In this document: positions 28,101 through 41,439 of the stretch, piece after piece | How positions within the stretch are numbered: position 1 is the first letter of the stretch | Layout of the letters: every line of letters begins with the position of its first letter | DNA from: Paragordius varius | Lineage: Eukaryota; Animalia; Nematomorpha | Reading direction: 5' to 3' | DNA length: 64,000 nucleotides | NCBI GenBank assembly: GCA_964247055.1 | Contig: OZ176053.1 | Location: 6,448,001-6,512,000 of the forward strand | Notes under the pieces: model-generated | Seen by the model: the letters and a program-made list of their open reading frames with translations, nothing else | Told to the model about the DNA's origin: nothing | The model's database searches: none | Program-made: the position numbers and the translations under genes

Positions 28101-31100
28101 ATTTGTGTTATGAAAGTAAATGAGAGCATCTAAAACTAGCCATTTATTTTAAAATACTTGGACTTATTTTTATTATCAAGATATATTATTTTACAGATTT
28201 AATCATAAAAAGGTATTAAATTTGGTGATTAATATATATCGAACTGTAAAATATAAAATTTTAAAATTTAGTAATAGCAACTTCGGTAAAGATCATTGGT
28301 GGCCCGAATGTTGAATTTCATCGTGGAACATCAGGAACCCGTTATGCTCAAAGAATCCATAAATTTACATCTTCCAACAATTACAATCTATACAATCGCC
28401 ATTATTTCCAAAATGATAGGTTTTAAACATACTTTTTTGGTATTTGCTAGTATATTGTTTTTAATGATATTTTTTAAAGTGAACGATGGCACTGTTATAC
28501 TTTAAAAATGAAATTTTATCAGGACCTTTCGAATATATTGTGTATAAGGCAAGGTTTTTACTTTTGATATCCCCTTATAAAAAAACTCCCTGCATAATAT
28601 GCCATGACAAAAAAAAAATTTCAATTTTAATCCATTTTTACGCTTGTTTTGTTTTTGTTTTTCGTCGCGCAGGAAACATGAAAAAACGCATTCGATGGGA
28701 CATTTAGAGTCATCGCTTTTGTTACCTTACAATACGTATGAGTTTCGAATTGCGGCTCGTAATGAAATGGGTTGGGGTCCTTTTAGTGCATCCTCATCAA
28801 GTTATACGACAGAAGCCGACAAACCCAGAGTCATACCCCGTGGATTAAGGGGTGGAGGTGGTCTGACTGGTGATTTGGTCATAAAATGGGATGTAAGTAA
28901 AAAAATCGATTTTAAATGCTTGAAGCGTCGTTTTTAGATTTTAAATCTCATTCTCTATGGTTTTGGTATTACAAGATTATTAGTTATAAACAATAAATCT
29001 GATAATTAATTTAGTATCAATTCTCATGATGATATTTATAAATATTTGTCAAAAGTATAAAAATGTAATATTTGAATGGAATAATGGTAAAATTAATAAA
29101 ATGTTGATTATAATGAATGAAAAAAGGTAAATATAATATATATTATATTGTTTCCAGCCCTTACTACCCGACGAACATGGGGGCCCAGGTTTGGGTTATG
29201 AAGTTTCGTGGATTAAAAAAACGGATTGGGAACGGTCACGAGGTCAGGGTAAATGGGAACGCATTTTAGTACGGCAAGGTGAAACTTCCTACACTCAATC
29301 GTCTTATACGGCGCGGGTCGGCGCTGAAAACTATTACACGGAGTATATGGTTAAGATTAGGGCCATCAATATTGAGGGTAACGGACCTGAAAGTGGTGCT
29401 GTCACGATATGGTCAGCGGAAGATGGTATGGAATATCATTTTATTGTCCTTTTACCATATACTAAAATGGGGGATACCTGTTTTATTTTGCTTTATACGA
29501 TTTTGAAATTCGGAAATAAATTAAAGGAATTATGCTGGGAGATTATTGATTTAGATATTATAGTTATATTATATCTCATATATTTGAATATTATTTACGT
29601 TTTAATGGCTTTGAATTTTGTTTTTAATTTGTAATTACAAGGTTTTGTTTACTCAAACAGCTAGAGATATAACTGACCTAACATCATTAATACTATAATT
29701 TACATCTACCTATTTATTGCAATTATATTCAAAAATTCAAATTGGTTGATTTATCATAGTCAAACTAAACAATGATATTTATTTAAGTACATAAATAATT
29801 AATTTAACATTTTTTATTTTCAGTTCCAACAAAAGAACCCACCCTGGTTCAAGCATTTCCCTTCAATTCGACTGGTATAACTGTGAGATGGAGAAGTATA
29901 AGTCCCAATATTGCTGATAGAGATGTTATAAGAGGGAAACTTTTGGGCTATAAAATACAATATGGACTTTTGCAAGAAAATATCGGTAGCTATTATTTTG
30001 TCGTAATTATCTCAAAATTTTATAATTATTTGATGTAATTTTGTAATAAATTTGACTAAAGATGCGTTAAATATTATTTACTACAATTAAATTTGAAATT
30101 TATATTTTTGATATAGTTTTCCAAAATTAAAAACTTATATTTAAATTTTAAACATTATAATTGTATCTTAATCAAATTTATTAATAAAAGATTTTTTGCC
30201 GTTTTTATTAACGTTTGGTTGTGTTTTTTAATTATTATAGTCTTAACATTTCTAAAATGAATTATAATTTTTTTATATTCATTTTTAATTCAGATTGTAA
30301 CAAATTTATTTCGAAAATGTTTTTTGATTGTTTTCTTATATTAACTTTTGCTTCTTTTTTCAACTAAGTTCATTAAAAATTTAATCAGTTAATAATTTTA
30401 TTATGATCCTCCTATATTACCAGGATCATTCATACTTTTATTCATTTTTTAATTTATTTATTTTTATTTTAATGGCTGCAGATATATTTCTCCAATTTTT
30501 AACTGTGTCTTCTGACGTTGCCTTTAGTGCAAATTTGAAATCAATAAATAAACCTCCTTTATTTTTACCTTATTTTACAGCAATTTTTACATCGTTAATA
30601 TATTTGTATATTGCATTTAACCCAAAGGTGTAAACGATTATTCCATCCTTTCGACTGGGAAAATTGAAGATATTTCGAGTTATATCGGTAATGATAGACG
30701 GACACGTATTGTCTATGGTGCTCCTCGAGAAGAAGGTATCGTAATAGGTCTCATGCCAAACAGTAAATATTGGTTGAAAGTTATGGCTTTCAATAGTGCT
30801 GGGAATGGACCCCTATCTGATCCAGTTTTCATGAACACCTTTAAGGAAGGTGATTAATTGATTCATTTTTGGCCTTATAAAATAATTGTACACGAACCCC
30901 TTATATATAGTTAACCCGATTGTGGCATATATTTATGGCTTATTATCCGCTCCATGACTCCCTTTATCACAAAAATGTACAAAATGAAAACGTTTATGAT
31001 TAAAATTTATTTGTTATACAATAATATTTTACACAATTTTATGAAAAATATTAAAAAATGGTTAATTTTTAATTTTTGGTTCATTATGAGGGTTTTGCTT

Positions 31101-32270
31101 CCGCAAACCAGTAAGTTTGTTGATTGTTTTTGACTTAAAGCGAATACAGCGTTAAGTTAGGGCTGCCTTTAAAATCAGAAAAGTACATGATGATCAGCAT
31201 GATCCAATTAGTTTATATGGTTTTTATTGAAAAAGCTCATTATAAGGGTGTCCACTATTGAAGTTTTGTTACAAAAATGATCGTTTTTAATTATGGCTTT
31301 GTTTCCATCCTCGCCTTAATTTAGCCCCATTGATGCAACCTATGGATGTTTACGCAAGAGGACCCAATTATGAAGGTGCGATTAGGATTACATGGTCTGG
31401 TATACATACATCCCATATGGAAGAGCCATTGGAGGGATATAAGGTTTTTAAAATGTTTTATTATATTCATTTTTTTATTTATTAATATGAAATAAACTAT
31501 TTTGAAAAACTTGTATTTACAAACCCTTATATATTTTAGGTACGTATATGGGAAGGGCGTGAAGACATTAGTGAACCTATTGACATACCGATTGGATTGA
31601 TTGAATATTACGAATTATTTCATTTGCCTGAACACAAAATCTATAAGATACGTGTACTAGGATACAGTCGCGGTGGGGATGGAAAAATGAGTGAAGCGCT
31701 TGAAATATGCTTAAGTAAATAAAAACTTTAATAACAACCCCACATGCAAATTTATTATTATTTTAAAAGTTTTACAAAATTTCTAAAGAATATATTGCGT
31801 CAAGACGTTTTAATCCGGTGTTTTATAAGAGCTAACATATCTTAACATTAAAAAACACATTTTAAAACTGTCATCCCTTTACGCGAATTTAACCTAAAAG
31901 AATTAATATTTAACCCCAATTTTATAAATAGTAATAAACTACCTCTAATAACCTGCCTAGTTATGTTAATATATTTTTTACCACCCTAAAATTTATAAAA
32001 TACATTAATGTCATGTCAGAAAAATCATTTATTTAGCATTCATTAATCGATTGATGTACTATTATATAATAAACCTATATGTATATAGAATGTAATGAGG
32101 AACAAAAACAAAACTATATTGAACGTATGAGTCAAGAATACCTGAAAAAATTGGAACTGCAAGCATCATTATTACGTCGATCGAATGGCGCCCCTCAAGC
32201 ATTGTTTAACAATAAAATTTTAATCGTGATTATATTTGTGATATCAGGGATAATACTAATAATTTTATGA
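16106..32270 (+). CDS. Cont: Contactin: C-type lectin + 6 Ig + 4 FN3 + C-terminal hydrophobic GPI-type signal
   Basis: CTL exons 19993-20215 and 20241-~20592 (CPKNW..CYLF..W..A...C...GSNL..W.TSG..W.W..FICE). Ig exons from 21458 to ~27438 (e.g. DQGVYHCAATNKFG, DNGNYLCKASN, DSGMYQCEASN, DSGIYTCLAQN, HSGVYICIAKT). FN3 exons from ~27790 to ~31714 (GPPSAP..W..GGDNGSPI, LLPYNTYEFRIAARNEMGWG, GLRGGGGLTGDLVIKW, GYSRGGDGKMS). Last exon 32089-32270 ends in NKILIVIIFVISGIILIIL*. The first exon (16106-16202, signal-peptide-like, phase-1 donor) and a small exon 19866-19907 are inferred and less certain than the body. Confidence 0.9.
17254..19392 (+). mobile_element. Chapaev3-like DNA transposon derivative with ~500-bp TIRs
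   Basis: CAC...GTG termini, exact TTA duplication (17251-17253 / 19393-19395), arms ~17254-17770 and ~18905-19392 are near-perfect inverted repeats. Central remnant LQGNMS...DHDGERFHQTLKHIEKNY..IVGEYYW (~18020-18170) matches the transposase C-terminal motif SDEHGERFHQDI..E.RY..M.DY.W. The Chapaev3 assignment rests on recalled CAC termini and TWA TSD. Confidence 0.75.
18233..18552 (-). mobile_element. Internally deleted RTEX-like LINE fragment nested in the Chapaev3-like element
   Basis: SGLIKILSNTNFVCKNC..YETV/EFKHLGHIITANG..VIIDRITQTWKSYHPLKQII parallels the finger and YLGD region of the 7800-8880 element; ends in a CCC(AAC)n tail. Confidence 0.65.
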
Positions 32271-33964
32271 TGACATTTTTTATCATAAACACATTCCATT
32301 ATTTTTTAATAATATATTAATTTTTTTATTTTTATCACATCTCAACAAACGCATTTTGTTTATACTCTAGGACGGACATTCCATATATTAAATTATTGTA
32401 TTCTATGTACATTATGCATTTTTCATGATCAACTAGCATTTTATCTTTTTTATTTGCCGCTCTTATTTTGTACATTATATGTGAGATTAATTGTCATGTA
32501 AAAAATATATATTTTTAAATATTGTTATATTTTCCAATTTTTATTTGTAAATAAACCTTTTAAAAGGAAAAAATTTAATGCTTTGGTCATTTTGAGGAGC
32601 CACATGTAAGTCAACCTTCTTACTGCAGTAGAATTTTTTAGATCAATTTAATAGTATTCAAATATCTAATGGGCATTAATAAATTTCCGAGAAGGTATTA
32701 AACCATTCAATTTAAATGCGTTAACAGTGTTTAGCCCTAGATGAAAACAAGCAAATATCGACATTAATATTGAAAACTTTTTGAAAATGACCCATTCAAA
32801 TTCAATAATGACCTCGTAGATTGTTTATGTTTTCAACGACCGAGCCTTTTTTGAATGAGCTTCTAAGTTAACTCTGTAAAAACGGCATAAGTAGGATAAA
32901 AGTTATAACTGATTGCTACAAAGATATTGGTTCAATTGAGTATGAAAAAAACCATTATGTTAGTAAATATCATTTAGATATAAGTAAAAATGTAATCAAT
33001 ATATTTGTTATTTATAACTTCCAAAAACGTCTAAACTTATTTAGTTTAGACCATTTATTTCCTTATTTTTTGCGCTAAGTGCAATAGATTATATTTATTT
33101 GGTTAATGGGTTAGCTGCACGAAGAAGGATATGCCTTAAGCAAATATGCCATCCATTCATTAATTTATTATTTTTAGATGGGAAACGCAAAAATGTGAAG
33201 CAATACTATGCTGAAAGTTCACATCAAAACAATCCTACCCTTACTTTGAAAATCAAATTTAGCAGTATAAGTTGATGCGTATTAAATATATTTTGAAACA
33301 GAAAATTGCATTTATTTAAGATATTATAAAAATGCGTTTTCCAAATTTGGATGTCGCTAAAAATTATAACTCTCAGAATTTTGAAAACTTTGTGACCAAC
33401 AAATATTACATATAAGAAATTATAATAGGCATTTGTAATTAGATTTAGTGGCAACGTTCATAAATTCAAAATGTGATCCAATGTTTTGGAATTAAATGGC
33501 GTTGATAATATAAAATGTTATAATTTTTTGCCTATTTTAATACTTTTAAATATGGATCCGCAAAATATTGCTTTTTTAATGCAAGGTATGCTTTTTTTCT
33601 AATTTATGTACTTACATTTCTTAAAAAATTATCGTGCATTCATAATTTTTTCTACTTATTTCTACAACTCACCTATATGAATCTTATAAGGGGTATACTT
33701 GAATTGACAAGATTCTGACAAAAGTATTTATTTAGCATAATGTGCCCTAATTTGATTTTTAATCACAAAAATAGTAGTTATAACCTTAAATGCTCTTTAT
33801 CTTCAGACTAAAGGCATCATAATATTTTTGGACATTTTCCTGCATGATTAGTTTATCAATTTGTCCATTGTGTTATATTAGAAAAAAGAGTTATTTTACA
33901 TACATGAAGCTAATTTAAAAGGCCTAAGTGCAGAGTAACAAATCAATCTCAACTCCCTAACTTA

Positions 33965-35040
33965 AAATTAAGGATGATGAAGGAAAGATCTTGAAGTGAA
34001 ATAAAAATTAAAAAAAGACGGGAAAGTTACACTAAACAGCTATATAGTGCGCGCCCAGGGCAAACGATAGACAAATATATGGGAATGTGGAGGATGATTT
34101 ATGTATATTGGAAGCAGAGGTGGTAAATGCTTTAAAATCGATACCAATAAGGAAAGCCTCTAGAATAGATAATATTCCCTTGGAATTAATAAAAGATACA
34201 CCGATATCAGTTATATATACATAGATTGTGTCAGGAAGGATGGGAGTCAGTTATTTGGCCAAAAGACTGGCAAACTTCACTGTTTATCCCAGTATTTAAA
34301 AAGGGAAAAAATCAAATTGTGAAAACTATAGTAACATAGTTACATTAGTCGTGCAAGCAAAATTTTACTAAAAATTATCCTTAACAGATTACATCATGTG
34401 ATAGCCAGAGAGATTTCAGATGTTCAAGCAGGATTTATGAAAGGGCGTAGCACGAGAGATCACCTCTCTAATGTTAGACGCATAATTAAAACATGCAATG
34501 ATTAAAGATTAATTATATGTTGTATAGATTATACACAGGCGGTTGATTCGATTAACCATGCACATTTATGGCAAAGTTTGGAAGCAATGGGAGTTACAAC
34601 AAAACTTATAACCTTGATGAAAATTTTTTATGAAAACCAAAAGCCATAATACAAACCCAGGTGGACAGAACCAAGGAATTTTTAATACAAAAAGGTGTTG
34701 AACAAGGATGTTGCCTCACCATACTTGTTTAATATATGTATAGAAATTATGAGAAAAGTAGATGAAGGTACTGAAAGCCTAAGGATAGGGGTAGAGGATT
34801 AACAATCTAAGATTCGCAGACACGACGCTAATATCAGATAATGGAGGAAGTTTAAATAATATGATAAGATTTGGAAGTGAAGAAAGTGAAAAATATGGAT
34901 TGAACCTCAATCCGAAGAAAACGAAAGCTATGAGTTCATTAAAAAACAAACCTAATATAACCATAGACGATACCCCAGTAGAAGTAGTAAATAAAATCCT
35001 ATTTTTAGGCTCTCTAATAGATATCAATAAATCATTCAAC
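33965..35040 (+). mobile_element. Decayed RTE/BovB-like LINE reverse-transcriptase fragment
   Basis: EVVNALKSIPIRKASRIDNIPLELIK, WPKDWQTSLFIPVFKKG, CENY, QAGFMKGRSTRDHL, CIDYTQAVDSINH..LW, KGVEQGC, RFAD, YGLNLNPKKTKAM..FLGS, with several frameshifts and stops. Confidence 0.88.
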
Positions 35041-36108
35041 AAATTAAATATGTCTGCAAAACGTCCCTAATATTAATTTACGCATGCAATAAAATAGGAG
35101 ATGCACATCAAAAAGTTTTTAACTCATCTTTTATGATATTTTTTAAATTTTTCCCTTGTGATATACCTTTAAGGGCCAATTAAATGTTTATAGTATAGTG
35201 GTTGTAGTTGACTAGTATATTGTTTTAAGACCGCTCTCAAAAATTACCAATCAAAATTTTTCGATTTATAATATACAGCCAAATTTAAAGTCATTCACTA
35301 TTTTCGTTGCATTATGTCATATGTTAATTAGTTTCCAAGCATTATTCGATATATTTTAAGGAAAAATAAGTATACCTTAACATTTATACCAACCATAAAA
35401 TCAAATTTATTTCAGTTACCATATTTTATTACTAAACGAAGTTTAAAAGGTGTGATATAAAAGAATTAAATAATATTAATCCTTTAATATGTGTAATTTA
35501 ATGTATATATTTTCATCGAAGTCTAATCGAATAACGATTAAATACCATAATCAATGATCCATAAATGTTTGTAGCTAATTATTTCTACTGAGTTAAAAGG
35601 CATTTTGCCGAGATTTATTAATGTATAAATAAATACATGAAACTATTCTTGAAATTTTTTATTTTAAGTTGCCTGCTTATTTTAGCATATAATTATCATT
35701 ACTTAGGTATTTTACTCCACTAATATAGTATAAATAATAAGTCAAAGACCTCTTGAATATCTCTGTTTTTCGCCTCACAAAATACGTAATGTGATGAGTA
35801 TGATTATATATCTACAATACCTAAATATATTATTATCATGTGTGCGCCCCTACAGTCTATATATTCTAAAAGGTATCTTTTTTGTCCATATTAAGTGTTG
35901 ACATATCCTGCCAGCCACGTTAAACTGTATTACTAGATATGTCTTAATTTTCCACATGGTATGATGCAAACGGCTCCGTAAATTTAAAAAAAATTGAATT
36001 TTATTACATAGTTTCAGGTAAGTTTTCATTTTAATGACATACCTAATTTGTGGGAAATTATGTGTATCCATTATTTTAATTGATAATAATGCAATATGAA
36101 CCAATATT

Positions 36109-39100
36109 ATGATATATTTATGGAAAAATCGGAAAACCATATTATACGCACGAGATATCAAAAGTTATCTATATCGATATTTAATCAAATTTAAAAATAA
36201 ATTTACATGTTATCCGATCCTTGTGATAATTTGCGGTATACTACTAGCAAATTATACGCCAATATCACAAATTTGTCAATTAGAAACACCTGAATCGATT
36301 TCACCCAATTCTGCCGCAAATACATATTATAATAAGAAGGAGTTTTATAAAAAATATATTCCGGATTTTACATTTTCACCTAACTGCGATTGTAAATTAA
36401 CATGTTATCAATGCAATTTAACTATTAATTCACAAAACTTGATACCAATCGATATAAATATACCTCAGTGGATACCTCACGATCAATTTGATGTCATAAA
36501 TTACGATTATATCGATTCAGATTTTCGTGTCTATACTTCCCCTGACTACAAACATCCAAAGTATGGTTGCGAAATACCAACCTATCAAGAACATTATATA
36601 TCCTCAGTTAATTGTAGGTCCATTGTTTTGTCACCCATTAATTATCTCATTAGGTATGGGATTGATCTTTTAAACAAATATATCCCATCTGAAAATATGT
36701 GGAGTAAAGAAGCATGGGTACACCATGGCTTGATAAACGGATATCGTAGGTGGGAACCACAGCGTGGCACGGAATATATACTCAATGTTCAAGTGTACAA
36801 ACCTTGGAACGCAAGTAATATTCGATCTGTCCGTTTTCATTTTCTTCAAACGCATCAAAGTATGGATATAAAACGTGAGCATTTAACAGATTTGGAATTG
36901 CCATACAAAAATATATCAATCAACTTTGTCGCTAGTCTATGGCCCTATAAACCATTCCTTAACATTCAAGAGTACATTGATTCTATTCTAGCTATACCAT
37001 TTCACAAAACATCCCGGGTAAAAATAACACTATTATTAATAAAATCGATGTTTGGGCCAAAATCTCTCAATATGGTGAAAGAAAAAATTGAATCTTATGA
37101 AAAATTAAAAAAGTATAAAAATACTCATAAGTTTGAAGTTGTAGTTAGAACGGATAACATAACACCTAAACAATTGTTTCCGAAATATTTGACAACCCTA
37201 TCTCTTACCGCCAATAAAAATGTCTTATACATTATCACTGAAAGTTTTCAACGTTTATTGTCGTCTTTTGTTGAGAGATGTTATCTTAATTGGAAGTATG
37301 AACAAAACCTTTACGTACCATTGCCCTTTACTTATTTTGATACAGACATAATCCAAAAATATAGTTCTAGTCCAGATTATTTCAATATCAAAGATATGAA
37401 CAAATATACGGGTATGATTTCATCATACATAAAAATTGAAATTATACGGACAAAACCTAAAAATATAAAGACAAATAGTTTTTTTCTAAAAGACAACCAT
37501 ACTTTTTTAAACTTCATTTTTAAGAAGTTAACTCATTGTTTTAAATGGCAAAATCTGACATTGAGATTTTTACTAACACAATCAATTCTTTAATTTACAA
37601 TTGTAACCAAATAGCTTATGTGAAAAAATTAAGGTTTTAAAAAGTATGGTTGTCTTTTAGATAAAACTATTTGTCTTTATATTTTTACCTTTTGTTCGGG
37701 TTTTTACTGCATAATCAAAAATATATCATACATATAAATAATAGATATTAGGGATTAGACCAGGAGTTAAAAATGGGAATATTTTCCAAATAAAACTATG
37801 ATTGCAACTGGTTTTATTCTAGGTTCACAGATTTCCATCACCTTTCTATCTTAAGTCCTTAGGAAAGATTTAAAAAAAGCTCCACGAGTTTTATTTTTTG
37901 TAATATACTGCGGATGTTGTCATTAAGCAAAACCCATATTATAAAGTTCCAAAATAATTTTTTGATTCATCCTACTTTAATGCAAAATTCATTAATTTTG
38001 TTTAATTTTTAAAACCGCGGAGTGGTCCAGTAATCTAATTTAAATTTTATCTTTGCCGCTAACTTCTCCATCGATTCCGCGCAAACAAATATTCACCGTT
38101 TTATTTTTAAAACCTTTGTTAAAACATTTCCGATTATTCGGAATTAATCGTTACCTATAATAAGATTATTTTGACAGAATAGTTATCATGATATAATAAT
38201 AGTTTATTTGTTATGATAGGGAAATGGACCTCAAATTTAACAACCATGTGTGGATCGATACAAGATATTACTGCTTATATCAATCAAGCTAAATTTTCCC
38301 AACCCTTTAATGTATTTCTTTTTGCCTTTTTTTAATAAATTCATTACATTTCGATAAGTGTCTAAATAGGCCAAAATAATTTGATAGTTTCAATATTATT
38401 TACAGTTAATTATAATATGAATTTATCTCATGTTAATTTTCTTTTATGATATGCACAAATAAAATAATTTCATTTAAAATTTCGATTTTCAGTATGCATA
38501 TTAATTTTGGTCAATTCACATCATTTTGGCCAGTTGGCAATACAGTAGCATATGGGTAAAAGAACAAATGGCAGAGGCGTAGCTTGCATTTCTCGCGCCC
38601 GGTGCATGAATCCGTGATGGCGTCCCCCTCCTCCACAATGCAACCTTTTGCATTTTATAATCAAATTTAAACGGTAGTCATAAATGGGTGTTTTTTTTAT
38701 GTATAATTTAAAATAAAAACATTTTTTTGAAATAAAATTAAAAATTTCAAATCCGGCGCGTTAGGCCCTCCCCTTGCTACGCCTCTAACAAATGGTCGAA
38801 TTGCAATTTCTTATCTTACAACATCAAATTTGATTTAAGATGGACAAAATTTGCTTAACATCATACACTACTGTATTACCAATAGCCAACAATAATATGA
38901 ATCGACCAACGTCAATGCATACTGTATACTATCTTGAACTAAGATATAGAAAAATACAAACTATTGCTTTTGCTTAAGATCTTAAAATAACCAATTTTTC
39001 CTAATGCATTTACGATTTTTGTTTAGGACTTCATGACTGTTGTACCTTTTTTATAGGCAAACACATATTAAGGTTTATCATCCTAGAGGTCTAAACTAGT

Positions 39101-40270
39101 AAAAAGATATTATTGAAGTTTTGTTAAAATATTTTCAAACATTATTTTATGTTTATGTTTGCAGTTTTTTTAGTTTATAATCCAAAATTTAGATAGCGCC
39201 TAAATCCAATTCAAATGATTTTAAAATCAATATACATATAAATTTTAAAGCAGCTAAAATTAAATTAATTAATCTTTTAACTATAATTTGTTTTTATCTG
39301 CTAATTGGTAACAATTTTACAAAAAATACGAAAAATAATTAATGGCAAAAAGTTTCAAATTAGCATATTATTACTTTTTAATATTTCGTGCCAAAACACT
39401 CAAACATATCTATAACAAATTTAAAATGGTTCATGAAAAGAAAACTACCCAACCTATTAGTTTATAAAGTGTTTGCAAAAAATCTGGAAGACATTTTATG
39501 GATATAAGGATTACTCACAATATTTTTTGGATAATGTTCCTAACATGCAATAGAGTGCTTTATACCCAATATCATGGTTTACAATAAATCGCTCTTAGAG
39601 AAAGAAAGCGAATTACCCAAAGTCTATTTTTTTGATAGCAAAAATCTAAATTTTTTACATATGTCTTATTTAACAGTATCGATAAAATATTATAAACGAA
39701 CCCTTTAACCACATGCAAGACATATAATTAAACAATAATTCAGATGATTTTAAATTCTCCCAAATTATACTTATTAAATAAATAAATTGGATCTATGAAC
39801 GTAAAGGCCGAAATTTGATAAAAGCGTCGTATTAAAAAAGAAATTTTTTCTTTATAAATGTTATTTTTTGGATTTTTCAACTTTTTTGGCCAGACGGGGT
39901 TTTACACCCTTTGAAAATTGATATACGCTTTTATAAAATTTTTGTTTTTAGTGTTATCAAATTAATTATAATTTTAATATTTTGTTAGATTGTGACAAGT
40001 CCAGATTACGGTATCTACAGTAATCAATCCTTTAAAGAATGCCTAAATCGTATTAACATAAAAACTAAAGCTGGTCAAGTAAATGCTCAACATTGCATAC
40101 AAGAATTCGAAACACATTTCGGTACTAAACGACAATTGGCCAAATATTTGTTTATGCAAAATTATTATAAAACAAGAAATATCCACAAGTCGAAAAAGCC
40201 GATAAAAAGTAAGCCGAAGAAAAATCAAAAGCCTCTGACTAAAAAGCGTAAACATTTAGCAAAAATGTAA
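36109..40270 (+). CDS. Chondroitin polymerizing factor / chondroitin synthase (CHGN family) glycosyltransferase-like, type II membrane protein
   Basis: Exon 1 36109-37411 has a TM segment (YPILVIICGILLA) and LINGYRRWEPQRGTEYILNVQV (family motif NGYRRFDPxRGxEYxLD). Candidate exon 38220-38311 (GKWTSNLTTMC..). Terminal exon 39989-40270 has C..HCIQEFETHFGTKRQLAKYLF, matching the CHPF C-terminus C...LGSRxQLA.LLF. The supplied ORF reads into the intron up to 37593. A further small exon may be missing. Confidence 0.78.
38572..38787. mobile_element. hAT-type MITE (216 bp) in a glycosyltransferase intron
   Basis: TIR (C)AGAGGCGTAGC...GCTACGCCTCT(A) with a perfect 8-bp TSD ACAAATGG (38564-38571 / 38788-38795). 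Confidence 0.88.
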
Positions 40271-41439
40271 AATAAATAATAAATTATGCTCAATGTTTGA
40301 TATATATTTATTTTATTGTTAATTAAAACTCTCTTGGGCCTATTATACAGTTTAATCCAGTTGAAAACTCAAATAAATCTATTTTAAAATTTAAATTTTC
40401 GTCAGCTATAGTTGGTAAGCATCCAGATGCAAATTTTTTTGTGCAAATAAATCGGAAGTACGATGGGGAAAAGTTAGCTAAACAACTCATTTTTTTAAAA
40501 AAAAACATGTCGTGTGAACTTTATTGTTTGATGGATATAAATATACATCTATAAATGATTAAATTTATTAAGGTGTGAATGACCAAAATTGAAATGATAT
40601 ATATTTTCTTGAACAACTATTTTAAACTTAATAACAAATTTCAGCGATCATTTTTTAAAGAATGTTTTGAAGTTTACACAAAAATATTATATTTTAATCA
40701 ATTTGGATTATCGCAAAAAGTCACAAAGTTTTAAATAGCACAAAAAGAGGAAATGGTCCAAAAAAAGTTTGCATAAAAAAGGTTCAACTGCATGGATATT
40801 TAGCAAAATTCTTTATGGGCTTTGTAGATTATAAGTATTATTTGATGGTTGAATATAATCAGATCCCTGAAAATTTCAATAATTTATATACCGAATATTA
40901 CATTTACAGTTTTCTAGATCTTTTTATTAACTACAAAGGTGTTCGATTTTCACTTATTGATGCAAACTCCAGACTTTCCATTAGTATAACAAAATAAGGT
41001 CTAAAATTTATTTTACACCCGTTAAAAACACGCTTAACAAAATATTCATCCATAATTATGTACGCTTGCATATGATCGAAATTTGCAAAAAGTTCCCTTA
41101 TTTAAAAATGAATCAGAACAAAACGAACTATTTACTAATTATTATTTATCTAAATAGCATATTTTCAACATTAATCTTACTTTTGATTTCTGGAGTATCG
41201 TTATCAGGTAATTAAAATGTATGTTGCATTTCAAGTTTATTTTATTAAACAATATCTTTATGTACATGTAGCAAAAAAATAGTTTATTTTATTATTGGAA
41301 TAGGACCGACCACACCCCATGATTAACAAAATAGACACCGATCATTTTTTCGAAAAAATTACTGCTAAAATGTATATGTTTCAGAGTGCTTTTGTTTTTA
41401 AGGCTTACAAGTGATTCAAGATTGCTCTGTTGTGGTAAC

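Noticed and set aside
32660-32830. RPL28-like peptide (GLNTVNAFKLNGLIPSRK) on the minus strand
   Set aside because: Short similarity only, no start codon, immediate stop and no further exons found.
33550-33587. Possible first exon MDPQNIAFLMQ|GTATGC
   Set aside because: No in-phase downstream exon was found, and the CHPF-like gene already has its own TM-bearing start.
37412-37593. 3' end of the 494-aa ORF as true coding sequence
   Set aside because: A phase-1 GTATGA donor at 37412 and downstream exons supplying the family C-terminus indicate read-through into an intron.
40323-41070. Minus-strand gene (FSTGLNCIIGP resembles the SMC/Rad50 Walker A lead-in)
   Set aside because: No NGxGKS follows, a stop comes three codons later, and I could not build a phase-consistent exon chain despite several mini-intron-like segments.
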